This document shows, piece after piece, positions 26,271 to 38,600 of a stretch of DNA of 64,000 nucleotides (position 1 is the stretch's first letter; every line of letters begins with the position of its first letter). The stretch spans positions 2,291,861-2,355,860 of the forward strand of contig JAAOMT010000009.1 of the NCBI GenBank assembly GCA_016748015.1. Reading direction: 5' to 3'. Both the position numbers and the translations under genes were made by a program. The notes under the pieces are model-generated. The model was given only the letters and a program-made list of their open reading frames with translations, did not search any database and was not told the DNA's origin. Origin of the DNA: Geosiphon pyriformis uo1 (lineage: Eukaryota; Fungi; Glomeromycota).

Positions 26271-27653
26271 TTAATTTGACATGTTGTTGTCAATGATAAT
26301 AATTGGTTCCAGATCTCATAGAATCTCCTCTGGTTGGACTAGTATCTTCTGTACTTCTAATTGTGGAATATTACTGGTGGATGGTAGTGTAATGTTGTGG
26401 TATGGTTTCAGTTGATCTTTATGTGCTGCTTTGATTAAGATTTTGTTATCCAGTCTTAATTTGTAAGCTCCATTCCCTAGAATTTCTTCTATATGAAATG
26501 GTCCATTCCATTTGGAGTCAAATTTTCCACTCCATTGTTTTTCTACTTTGGTATGATATAAGAGTACTTTGTCTTCAATCTTGAATTCAACTGGTTTGTC
26601 TGGTAGTTGATTATCATGTCTTTCTTTCTGTTTCTCTTGTGACTTTTGTATATTATCAGCTGCTCTTCTTTGTTTGTTTTCCAATGTTTCCATTAAGTTA
26701 TATGTGTTTTTTAACAATGTTTTTTGGAAATTCTCTTTTGTTATTGGTTCAGTTAGATATGTGTTAACCTTTATCTTAACTGGTAATGTTGCTGTTCTAC
26801 TGTATATCAATTCAAATAGTATTGCTTGTGTGGTGTTTTGCTTCATTGTTCAATAAGCAAATAATATTGATAGTATGAACAAATCCCATTTGTCCTGGTT
26901 TTTTTGGCTGAGTTTTGCTATTGTTTTACACAATGTTCTATTAAATCTTTTAACTAATCCATTGGTTTGTAGATAGTATGGTAATAATAGTGGTCTTTTA
27001 ATTCCGAATCTTTGGCTTAGTTCTGCTAATGTTCTATTCACAAAATGGGTTCCTTGGTCTGATAATAGTTCTTTTGGACATCCATGTCAACAAATCAGAT
27101 CTTGATAAATGAATTTGGCAATGGATTCTGCATCCACTCTTTGAATTGCTTTGGCTTCTGGTCATTTAGTAAAATAGTCTATGGCTACTGCAATATATTT
27201 GTTGCCTCTGCTAGTAATTGTCAATGGTCTGACTAAATCAATTTCAATGTGGTCAAATAGTTGTTCCACTTTGATTGGTCTCAATGGTTCACTGGGTCTT
27301 GTTCCTTCTTTTCTTTGACAAGCATCACAATTTTGCATATATTGGATGATGTCTGGATACATTAATGGCCAATAATATCTCTTTCTGGTTTTTTCTATGG
27401 TTGCTTCTTTATGAAAATGTCCTGTAGTTGGATCTGAGTGCATGTTGAACAGTATTGTATCCTTTTCTGGTTCTGTAATTATTCTGGTTGGTTGATCTGA
27501 ATTTTTTCTATTTTTCTGATAAAGTATATTTTGGTGAGTAATAAAATATTTGGATTGTTGTTTGATCCTCTTTTGTTTCGGTTGAGATAATTTCTCCTTG
27601 AACTGTTAAGTATCTATATAATGTTGAAGTTGTTAATATTTTTGTGTGTTCAT
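26271..27653 (-). pseudogene. Stand-alone integrase ORF of B1 (HHCC, DDE core, GPF/Y module, no chromodomain)
   Basis: ATG at 27653. ORFs 27162-27443, 26850-27041 and 26316-26846 are in one frame. Motifs MHSDPTTGH, CDACQ, QTNGLVKRFNRTL and KWNGPFHI. Confidence 0.92.
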
Positions 27654-27717
27654 CTTTTGTTATATTTTCATAAGTATTGTTTTGGTTTTGCTATATTTTT
27701 TTTGGGTTGAAATGTTC

Positions 27718-30700
27718 TTAGATTTGTCTTATTTGCAACAAACTATTAGCATTTCTGTTGTCTTTTCCCTTTTTATAATGTATAGTATAAGTATATGTTG
27801 AAAGAGCCATTTTCCATCTTGACTGTCTTCTGTCTCCAAATTCTTGTTTTTGGAGTGATGTTAATCTTTTGTAATCTGTGTACATCTCAAACTTTTGGCT
27901 CAAGTATTCTTTCCATTTCATAACTGCCCAATAGATTGCTAAATGTTTTAATTCTGGTGTTCCATAGTTCTTTTCAGCTGGAGTCAAACCTCGACTGGCA
28001 TATATGACTAGATGTTCTCTTTCATCCAATTTTTTCTGAAATAGTACTGCTCCCAATACTTGACCTAATGCATCAGTAGTGATAATGAATGGTTTACTAT
28101 GATCTGGATAGATCAATACTGGAGCTTAGATAAGCTTTTTTCTTAAGATGTCAAATGCTTCTTGCTGGGTTTCAGTTCATTCATACTTTGCATTTTTGGT
28201 TTGAAGATCATTGAGTGGTTGTACTATCTTTGAAAAGTTTTTTATAAAGCATCTATAATAGCTTGCGAATTCCAAGAATAATTTCAGCTTGGTTACGTTG
28301 GTTGGTATTGGAAAGTTTTTTACTATCTCTATTTTCTCTGAATCTGTTTTTATGCCATTTTTGCTAATTATGTGTCCCAAGAATTTTAGCTTTGTTTTGC
28401 CAAAAAAACACTTTGTTGCATTCAATTTTAATCTTGCTTGTTGTAGTTTTTCAAACACTTGTTGGAGATGATGTAGATAATCATTAAATGTTTTTGAGAA
28501 CACATTGGTGTCATTTAAGTATACAACTACTGATTTCCACAATAAGCCAGTATACACAATTTCTATTAGCTGTTGGAATGTAGCTGGAGCATTGGTTAAG
28601 CCGAATGGCATAACTTCAAACTCAAAGTTTCCCTCTCTTGTAGTGAATGCCATTTTTTCTTTGTTGGCTGGATCTATGGCTACTTGCCAGTAACCACTAT
28701 CCAAGTCTAATGTTGAAAACTATTTGTTTCCACCAAAAGTGTCGAATAGTTCTTGTATCCATGAAGTTGGATAGCTGTCTTCATGAGTTACACCATTGAG
28801 TTTTCTGTAGTCTACACAAAATCAGATTTTTCCATTCTTCTTATGGATAAGTACTACTGGTAATAACTATGGGCTCATTGATGACTGAATTAACCTATTG
28901 TCAAGCATTTGGTTGATCTCTTGATGGATGATTTCATGGCTGGCTAGTGGTACCCTGTATACTTACTGTTTGATTGGCATTACATCTCCAGTCTTGATCT
29001 GATGCTGTATAATATCAGTTCTGCCAAATTTGTTTTTACTGGTGAAGATGTCATTGAAATTATTAAGTAACATCTTTAGTTGCATCTGTTAAAGTGGGTC
29101 TAGATTTCTCATGTTCATCTGTTCCAATTGTTCTGGCTGTAACAGATAACATTTGTTTTGTTCATAGATGGTTTGTGATGTAATGTCCACATATTCACAA
29201 AGCTGTGAAAAATCTGGAATGCTGCTTGGTGCTTGATCTTTAATTTCCATGGTTAAATATTCAAGAGTGGTTCTTTCCAGTATCTCTACAACATTTCTGG
29301 TGTTGTTATAGATGAGAATTTTGATATGGTTATGGCTCTTGGCTGGTATGTGTAGATTGATAAGTCCAATTTTTCTTGATTCACAAAGAGTTGCTTCTGC
29401 TTCAAAAATCTGTTCTTGTTTCTTCTCTCTCTTTTTTATTGCTAACATGTATCGACTATATGGTAGAATAGAAATTGTTTGACTGGTTGAGATAATTTCT
29501 CCACCATATTGACTGGTACATCTATTCTACTCATTGATCCAAATCCCTGTATCCCTCTTGCTGTTATCCCTAATTTTTCTCTATTTTCTACTAACACTAA
29601 CTGAGCTATTTTAACCAGAAGCAGAAATATTGCCTGTGCTATCCTTTTATTTGGCTCTATAACATAGGCCTTTTCTGAGTCATTTTGTAGCATAGCAATA
29701 ATATTTTCTATATACCCTGCATCAATTATTCCTCCTCTGATGTTTATTCCTCTTTTTGTTAAACTACTCCTCGAAACTAGTTGAACCATTGTTGTTGCTG
29801 GAATTTTCAGTGTTATTTTCAGATCGATGCAAGTATGCGAATGGAATTCCAATTTGATGGTGTTTTTTCTTAGATATCTTAGATCAAATCCTGCATCAGT
29901 ATCATGCACACATTTTGGCATGATATCTTTATCATTATCACTGAACCATTTTAGTTCTTGCTCCTTAGTGAGATCAGAGAGTGTGATATATTGTTCATAG
30001 TTTGAATTGGAGTTTGAATCTGAGTTGGAATCATTGTCATTGTTATAGCTATTTTGAATGGAGCTGGAACTGTTATTTTCATTATTGTCATTGTCGGAGT
30101 TTGAATTGGGGTTGAAACTCAATTCTAATTCTGATGCACAGCTGTTGATTGGTTCTTCTTTTTTGGGGATTGTATAGATCATGCGTGGTGGTAGATTGTA
30201 GATGAGGTCACAATCATCACAGAATTGGAAGTCACATGGAATCAAACAGTGTTCACATAATTAGGTGTTGATTTTTTTCAAGTGTTGCTTTTGCTCTTCT
30301 CTCGTGGGTGCTAGATTCTGATAGTGTTCATGGAATTCTTCTGGGCTGTTTTCTATGTCAATAAAGACATCCGGGTTAAGAACCAAAACAATGTCTGTTG
30401 GTTCTGAAGAGTTATTCTTGATCTCCAGAATTTCCTTGGGCGAAGTGCCTTCTACTTTGGCATTGGCCATTCACCAGATCTTATCCTTATCATGTGGATA
30501 GCCATTTAAGCAAAATATAGCTCGGTGCCATGCTGCTGTGATGGGTGTACCATGACTTACCCAGTCGCTGATGAGGATCATGTATTGGCATAAAGCATCA
30601 CATGTTCCTCCTTAACCAGGAATGTTGTCTTATATTCCTTTATCAAGTAATTGTTCTCCACAAGCGAGACATAGTTCGTTGTCCCATTTGTCTTGTCTTT

Positions 30701-33700
30701 TTGGGTAATCATATCATTTCCTATGGTAGGGCTTGCAATAGTAATGGATTCATGTTTAGTAGTCTTTGTCTGGTGCTATCCAAGCTCCCATTAAGGACAG
30801 TTTTTTCTTATAGTTCTTGCATTTAAGAGGTATATATAATGGCTCTTTTATAGGTTTACATGAGTATTCTCTTTCCCAGCCACTAGTTATTTTTTCTACA
30901 GTAGTGGTTTCTTCAGGTATGTTTTCTTCCCTTTCTTTCCCTTTTTTCTTGTTCTTTTCTTCCCAATCTAGAATTGGTGGCATCTTGCTTTGGTTGTTGT
31001 CAGTCCAAGCATTGATGGTGGCTTTCCAGGTAGATTCTTTTCTTTGTTTCTTCTTTTCATTGTCGTTGTTGTCCCAGGCAAGTATTGGTGGCAGTTTGTT
31101 GTGATCAATGTCGGTCCACAAGACTTGTTACACTTTCCAGGTGGGTTTTATTTTTTCTTTCTCAAATTCAATAAGTGGTATTAATAGCATGGTGATGGGC
31201 TTGAAGTGGCCACACATGGTTGGTATCTGTGTGTGTTGACCATTCTGGCTAAGCTGGAGCTTTTGGGTGTTCCAATCTAGGGTCGCATTGGTTTTGAACA
31301 GCCAGTCATTCTCAATGAGTGCTTGGTATTGAGTGGCTTTCATGACAAGTACTTTGATTGGTACTATAATGCCATTGACTTCTATGGGAAATCATCAATC
31401 TCTCCAATGGGTGTTTTGGTCACTCTATTGGCTGTAATAATCCTGGTGCTGGCAGTGCGATCAACTTGGTGACTTAATTGATCTATGAATTGTCTTGTGA
31501 TGATGCTGCCAGCTGATCCACTATCTAGGATCAGTTTAATAGAGTGACCATCAACTTTCACATTAGTGTACATCATGGTGATGGGTTTCTCCTTGAGTGC
31601 TGCTTTACTGAACAAAGGTGGATTGATGGTTTCCTCCAATTCAAAAAGAAGAATGGCTGTGAGAGATTTGTTTTCAGTGACCGTTGCTGGTGAAATATTG
31701 TTGGTGAGTGTTGTTTGGGGTGGGTTGAATTCCAAGTTGTTGGTGGTGGCATCTTTTGGGGTAACCAGCAGACTTAAATAGTTCTGGGAATTCGGGTTTT
31801 GGGTAGAACCAGTACCTGAATTCCACTGTTGAGAGCCTGATGGTTGGTGAGAAGAGCTGAGGATCAGTTGATGAACAACTATTGCTGATCTCCAGTTTTG
31901 AGTGATTCTAGGTCTTGGGTTTCTTGATGTCATTTGAGTGGAGTTTTGGAGTGGTGTTTGAATTGGTTGTTGGGGCTAATAAATTATTTGGGGCTGTGGC
32001 TGATAAATTACCAGTGGCTGCAGTTAATAAATTGGAGATTGATATACTGGTGGTTGATAGATTGGTTGCTGTATTATTGGCAGATAAGTGGTTTGATATT
32101 GGTCTTGATTTAGGTAGTAATTCTGAGTCTGAAATCTGTGATTGGGGTTTTAATATTGATTTCCTGATCATGGATTGTTGCTATAAAATTAACAGTTAGC
32201 TCTAATGTGACCTTGTTTATTACAGTTGTGGCAAACATGCATTTCTGACTGCCACGGCTGATTGGGTAATAATGATGATGATGATGTTGATGAACATGGC
32301 TGATTTTGGAAACGATTCATGTTTCCTGAATTATTGCATCATTGTGGTGGTTGATAGATTGCACAATTGTCAGCTAAGTATCCTTCTAGTTTCTGATTGA
32401 TTGTATCACAGAATTGTTTTAGTTTGGAATCCAAGTCAGATGATTCATTTATTACTAAATTTACAGCTTGGGCATGGTTGACTTCTAGCTTGGCTGCTTC
32501 AAAATCTCTGGCATGGGTGATGGTGGTTGGGAGGTTAACTGGATGCTACTGCACAATCCTCTGATGAACTGGTTCAAGATCTGTGACACTGTAAAGTAAT
32601 CAGCTTGGATTGCCTGAATTTGGCACAGATTTCTATGGAAGCATCCCAAATAAGTGGTGACTGCTTCTGTGTCCCCTTGTTTAATAGTGGTAAATGTGTT
32701 GGTCAAGTGATTAATACTATTGTTATTACTAAAGTATTTCAAAAATTCTGTTTTGAACTCATTGAAGGTTTGTGATTTGGTGGCTAGGCTCTGATACCAT
32801 GAGTCAGCGGTATCTTTGAGAAAATAGAGAATTGCTTAAAAGGCTCTACTGTTGTTCCATCCGTTAACCACTATGGCTTTTTTAATGTCGTTGAGCCATA
32901 TTTGGGCATCATCCTCTTCACCGGTAAAATTGTCAAGTTTTGTGATTAGTGCATAAGTCATTGGATCTAAGTTGGATTGTTGTGGTAGTAGTTGAAGTGG
33001 TTGTTGTTGCACAGGTTGTTGGGGTGGTAATTAAAGTAGTGGTTGTATGGGTTTGGCTATTGGATTAATCGGTGATTGATTAATGACGATTACTGGAGGT
33101 AAGTTTTGTTGATTTATTAAATCGGGGTTTCGATTATTCTGAGTTGGCAATGTCTGAATATTTGGAGTTTCAATTTCTGGATTTTTTGGGTTTAAATTTT
33201 GCTGGGTTTGAAGATTTGGGATTTCAAATTCTATGTTTTCAGTGATCGGATTCTGGTAAGTAAATACTTAATCTTCAGCTTCTTTTTCTTCCTTTTCTTC
33301 TGATTCCATTATATTCCACAAATCAGAAATTCCGAAATCTGAGGGAGGCAGTGGCGATTGGAGTCCTGATAGCATTGATGATTGCGAGTTAAATTCTTCA
33401 AAATATGCACCATATGGTCCTAATAACTCTGCTTTCTTTTGTTTACTTTGGAATAAGAATTGTCTAAATGCTGATGTCATGTTTGATGTGGCTGTGCCAG
33501 TAGATGTAATATTAATGGCACTTTTGGATATATAGTGGTATAATAGATTAGTTGGGGACTCAACTCTTGTTTTCTTCCAAGTAGGTGGTTATATTTTTTT
33601 GGGTGTTACTGCTGGTGTTTGCAGTTTTCCTTTGCCTTTGCTTGTGTAAGTAATGGGGTATCTTTGCTGTATGTGGTGTTCAATTTTTTTGTTGATTTCT

Positions 33701-33955
33701 GTGATGATGGAGGCGAAATTGTGATTTGTTGGCAGATTGGTATTTTGAATTAATTCACTATAAAAGACTTCTCTTGCTAATTTGATATTTACTGGTGTTT
33801 TTAACAAATAGACAATTCTTTCATTGATGTAGAAATTAAAAGCTAATTCTACTGATATGTGGTTGTGATTTAATCTCAAATGTTAACAGTAGTGTTAAAA
33901 TAAGGATTTCACGAATTCTAGATGGTTTGCTCCTATGTTTTCTGATTCTGCCACT
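27718..33955 (-). pseudogene. Gag-PR-Cys-rich-dUTPase-RT-RNase H polyprotein of B1
   Basis: Capsid about 32500-32950; knuckle CHNCNKQGHIRANC about 32190-32233; protease LILDSGSAGSII; dUTPase AGFDL, RSSL, GIIDAGY, RIAQ, RGIQGFGS; RT MPFGLTNAPATFQ and YLND; RNase H ITTDA to stop at 27718. Confidence 0.92.
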
Positions 33956-33994
33956 TTTAAATTTGTGTTGGTGCTGGTTCTCTATAGGATTATA

Positions 33995-34011
33995 CCTCAC
34001 AGGGAGCACCA
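33995..34011 (-). promoter_or_regulatory. Primer-binding site of B1 (TGGTGCTCCCTGTGAGG)
   Basis: Lies 2 nt after the LTR end and begins TGG, complementary to tRNA CCA. Identical 17-mer in family C at 61313. Confidence 0.88.
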
Positions 34012-34013
34012 AA

Positions 34014-34885
34014 TGTTACAGATGACTATTTCTGGTGTTGGATTAAATAACAAACTCATAACTTGGTGCTCAAATCTAGTTATAGTTGATAGTAATCTGA
34101 AGGTTTATGTCTGAAAAGTTTGTATCCGAAAGGTTTGGTTGAGTTCTTTGTATAATAGACAGAGATTCAATGATAATAGTTTTATCCATAGCTTCTCGAA
34201 ACTGCAGTTTTGTCAATTTTTTTCTCAGCTTGATGGCTGGTATTCCTCCTGGTAAGCTATCTTCAATCGAGTCTTCTACCCTTATTTCTGGGTCTTTTAC
34301 CAGTCACATTTATCCTGATATTAGTACCCTGTGCATTAATCCTTAATAGAGTTAGTAAACAACAATAAAATTAAAGCAAAAAATAAAGAAAAGAAAAGAA
34401 AATAAAGAAAGAAAAGAAATAAGCCAAGGCAATTTGCAAGTTAGTATTCCGTTAATAGCTATAATTAAGAGCTATTGTTCTAGCATGGTTAAGTATCAAT
34501 TACTATTAACATGAAGTGTTAATAGTGGCAGCAGGTTTGAGATAACAAACAGTTTATTTATTTGTAATTTGGAAAGTTGTCTAGATGAAATCTAAACTGA
34601 AAGGTCTGTCTTTTTAGCTTCTAATTCTACTGCTATATATACATAATTGAGATTCCTCAATTTCTTAATTCTTCACAACAGGAATCTTGGGATTCCTGGA
34701 ATTCTGCAATTTCTTTGAGAGGAATCTTAGAATTCTGGAATCCTGCAATTCCTTGTGAGAATCCTGTAATTCTTGAAATCCTGCAATTCCTGAGAGAAAT
34801 CCTGGAATTCCACATTTTACTACATCTACTTCTGATTGGTTAATAACTATGCTAATATATATTTTCTATATTTCTATGAGTAACA
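34014..34885 (-). repeat. 5' LTR of B1
   Basis: Direct repeat of 24711-25573. Adjacent to the PBS. Confidence 0.95.
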
Positions 34886-35544
34886 ATGTGAGCACATTGC
34901 TCAAGAAATCATAGCACATTACTTGAAAATGTGAATAATCTCATAAAACATCAATTATGTATATATAATGGTAGCATTAAAAGAAAAAAAGAAAGACCTC
35001 TCAGTTTAGATTTGATCTAAGCAATCTTTTACATCACAAATATCAATAAATAATTATTTAATTATCTTAAATTCACTTCTTACTATTAACACTTTATGTT
35101 GATAGTAATTAATACTTAACTATACTGGAACAATAGCTCTTGATTATGGCTATTAACAGGATATTAGCATTTATTGTCTTGGTCTATTTCTTTATTTTTT
35201 TTTATTTTTCTTTGTTATTTTTGTTTACTAATTTATAGAGAATTAAGTGCTGAATTATTGACATCAAGAATAGCCTGGTAAAAGACCCCAAAGAAAGGGT
35301 ATAACAATGAAAATTTAAGAATAGCTTACCAGAAGAGCATTTCTGCCAGATTACTAACCACCATGCTGAGAAAAAAATTGGGCAGAATTACAATTTCAGA
35401 AGGCTACTGAAACAATTATTGAATCTCTGTTCATTATACAAAGAACTCTACCAAAATTTTCAGATATCAACACTATTATATTAGTTGAATACCAAGTTAT
35501 GGGTTTGTTATTTGCTTTGAAACCCCAAATAATTACCTGTAACA
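34886..35544 (+). repeat. 5' LTR of B3, lacking its first roughly 125 bp
   Basis: Matches 43948-44416 plus 54525-54731. Ends CCTGTAACA before the PBS. Confidence 0.9.
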
Positions 35545-35606
35545 TTTGGTGCTTTCTGTGAAGTATAATTCTACAGAGAACCAACACCAACAACCATTAT
35601 TCAAAA

Positions 35607-38600
35607 GTGACAGAATTAGAAATAATAGGGACAAACCATTTAGAATTCACTAAATCTTTATTCCAACAGTACAGCCAATAATTGGACTTAACCAACAACC
35701 ATTATCCAGTGGAATCAGCCTTTAACTTTTATGTCAATGAAAGAATCCCAGATTTTTTGGGAAGACCAGTTAACATTGAATTAGCAAGAAAAAATTTCTA
35801 TACAGAACTAATTCAACATATTAGCTTACCACAAAATTACAGTTTTGTACCAATTATCAGAGAAATTAATCAAAAAATTGAAAGATACACTCAACAACAA
35901 TTCCCCATCACCTATGCAAATAAAAGTAAAAAAAAGTTACAAACACCAACAGCAATTCCAAAAAGAATACAATTACCAACATAGAAGAAACAAAGAATTG
36001 AATCTCTATTATATCCATCATACCATCACATACCTGAAAGCACCATCAATATTATATTAGCAGGTGTGTCCACATCAAATGTGATATCAACATTTGAACA
36101 ACTACCATTTTAAAGTAAACAAAAAAAAGTGGAATTATTAGGAACTTACAACAATTATTTCGAAAAATTTAAATTGTAATTACCAATGCTATCAGGATTC
36201 CAATCACCACCACCTCCACCAGATTTCGGAACCGCAAGTTCTTGGGAGATAACAGCATCAGAAATTTAATTATCAAAACCCAATCCCAGAAAACTCAAAA
36301 TTTAAAAACCCAAACAATTCAAACCCCAATAATATTAATTAGCAAAATCAGAACCATCAAAACTCTGATTTAATTAATCAACTGAACTTATCTCCAGAAA
36401 TTGTCATTGATTAGCCACCCATTGAACTGATTCAGCAACCACTTTAATAACTACATCCATCACTAATACAACCACAACAATCGATTACATAAATGGCATA
36501 TATACTAATCACAAAACTTAAAAAATTCATGGGCGAAGAAGATGACATCCAAGTATAACTCAATGACATAGAAAAAGCCATCATGGCTAATGGATGGAAT
36601 GATGTCAGAGCCATGCAAGCCATCTCATATTTTTTTCAGAATACTGCCAACTCATGATATCAAAGCTTAGCCAACAAATCTCAGAACTTCAATGTATTTA
36701 AGCTTGCATTTTTACAATATTTCAGCAATAATAATAATATTAATCATCTAGCAAATACCTTTACCACTATTAAACAAGAAAAAAATGAAGTAGTCGCTAT
36801 CTACTTAGGATGCTTCCATAAAAATCTGCACCAAATTCAGGCAATTCAAGCCAATTATTTTACAGCACCACAAATTCTAAATCAATTCATTAGAGGTCTG
36901 TGCAGTAGCATTTTTCAACACATACATCCATTACATCTAACAGACCTTTAAGCCACAGTCATCTACACCAGAGATTTTGAAGCTGCTGAATTAGAAGCCA
37001 ACTATGTTCAAGCTGTAAATTTAGTGATAAACAGATTATCTGACTTGAATTTTAAATTGAAGCAATTTAGTAAATCAATCAATCAAAAATTAGAGAAATA
37101 CTTAGTTGACAATTGCACAATTTATTAACCTCCCTAACAATACAATAATCAAGGAAACTTCAATTATTTTCAAAATCAATTGTGTTTATCATCATTAATC
37201 AATCAACAGTGGCAATCAAAAATGTGTTTGCCACTATTGTGGTAAACAAGAACATTTACAGTTTGAATGTTGCAAAAAGATAAATAACCAACAATTAGGA
37301 AATCAATATTGAAACCCCGATCACCAGTTTTAAACTCTGAATCAATACCCAAATTAGAATCAATACTCATCCTATTATACCCAAATAATTTAATAGCCAA
37401 TTTATCAACTATCAGTGTATCAAGCTCTAATTTATCAACTGACAACACTTATAATTTATTAGCTGCAGCCACAACCTATCTATCAACCACAGTCCCAAGT
37501 AATATATCAGCTTCCACAAATTCAAACACTGCCACAAAACAGAATCCAAAAACTGAAAATAACACAACAAAGCTGGAGATTGGTAATAGTAGTTCATTAA
37601 TTGATTCTCAGTTTTTTAATTCAACCATTGGGATCTTGACAGTGGAATTTGGGCACCAAATACACCTAAAACCTGAATTCTCAACACTATTTAAGTCTCC
37701 TGGTTATTCCAAAAGATGTCTTATCCAACAACCAGAAACCCAACCAAAACAAATCACATATCAACAACATATCTCCAGCCACCATAATCAATAATAAATT
37801 GCTAACAGCAATTTTTTTATTTAAATTCGAAGAACCATTATCTATGCCATTGTTCAGTAGAGTTATGTTCGAAGAAAAACCAATCACTACTATGTACATT
37901 AATGCTAAAGTTGATGGCCACTTCATCAAACTTATACTAAATAGCAAGTTAACAGACAGTATTATTACATGACAACTTATGGACCAATTAAGTTGCTGAA
38001 TTGATTGCACTGCCAGTATAACTACTAATGAAGTGACCAAAACTCCAATTGACAAGATTGATGATCTTTTTATAGAAGTAAACAGCATTATCATACCAAT
38101 TAAAGTATTAGTTATAGAAGCCACTCAGTATCAAGCTCTTGTTGGCAATAACTGGTTGTTCAAGACCAATGCAACACTCAATTGGAACATACAAAAGCTC
38201 CAACTCAGCCAAAATAATTAATACACACATATACCAGCCATGTGTGATCACTTTAAACCCATTACTATGTCATTAGCACCCCTTATTGAGTTTGACAACA
38301 AAAAAAAACCTACTTGGGAAGCCTACCAAGTCTCTTGGGCTGATGATAACCACAACAAATTACCACCAATATTGTCTTAGAATGACAAAAAAAAGAAAAA
38401 AAGAAAAAAAAAACATGTTTAAGAAACTGACCAAGGATCGTGGACTAATAACAACTAAGTCAAGCCATTACCAATTTGGACTTAAGAAGAAAAAAAAAAA
38501 GGAAAGAAAAGAGAAAAACCAGTCTTAGCTACTGCTTCAACATATAGTCCTTATATTACACTCCAAACCCAAACAAATTACTGATAACCCAAACTTGTAT

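Larger units (their letters stand above)
24711..34885 (-). mobile_element. Full-length Ty3/Gypsy B-type copy B1 with two LTRs
   Basis: LTRs at 24711-25573 and 34014-34885. PBS and PPT (AAAAGGAAGGAATAA, minus strand, about 25574-25588). Complete internal domain set. Confidence 0.96.

Noticed and set aside
26271-26330. TGA at 26316 as the true integrase end or a read-through signal in B1
   Set aside because: B3 has CGA at the same position (near 43071), so this is CpG decay.
37309-37794. Ser/Thr/Asn-rich alternative-frame ORF (also 31908-32171)
   Set aside because: Off-frame reading of the low-complexity Gag linker, whose true frame is broken by CAA-to-TAA changes. An overlapping gene is not strictly excluded.
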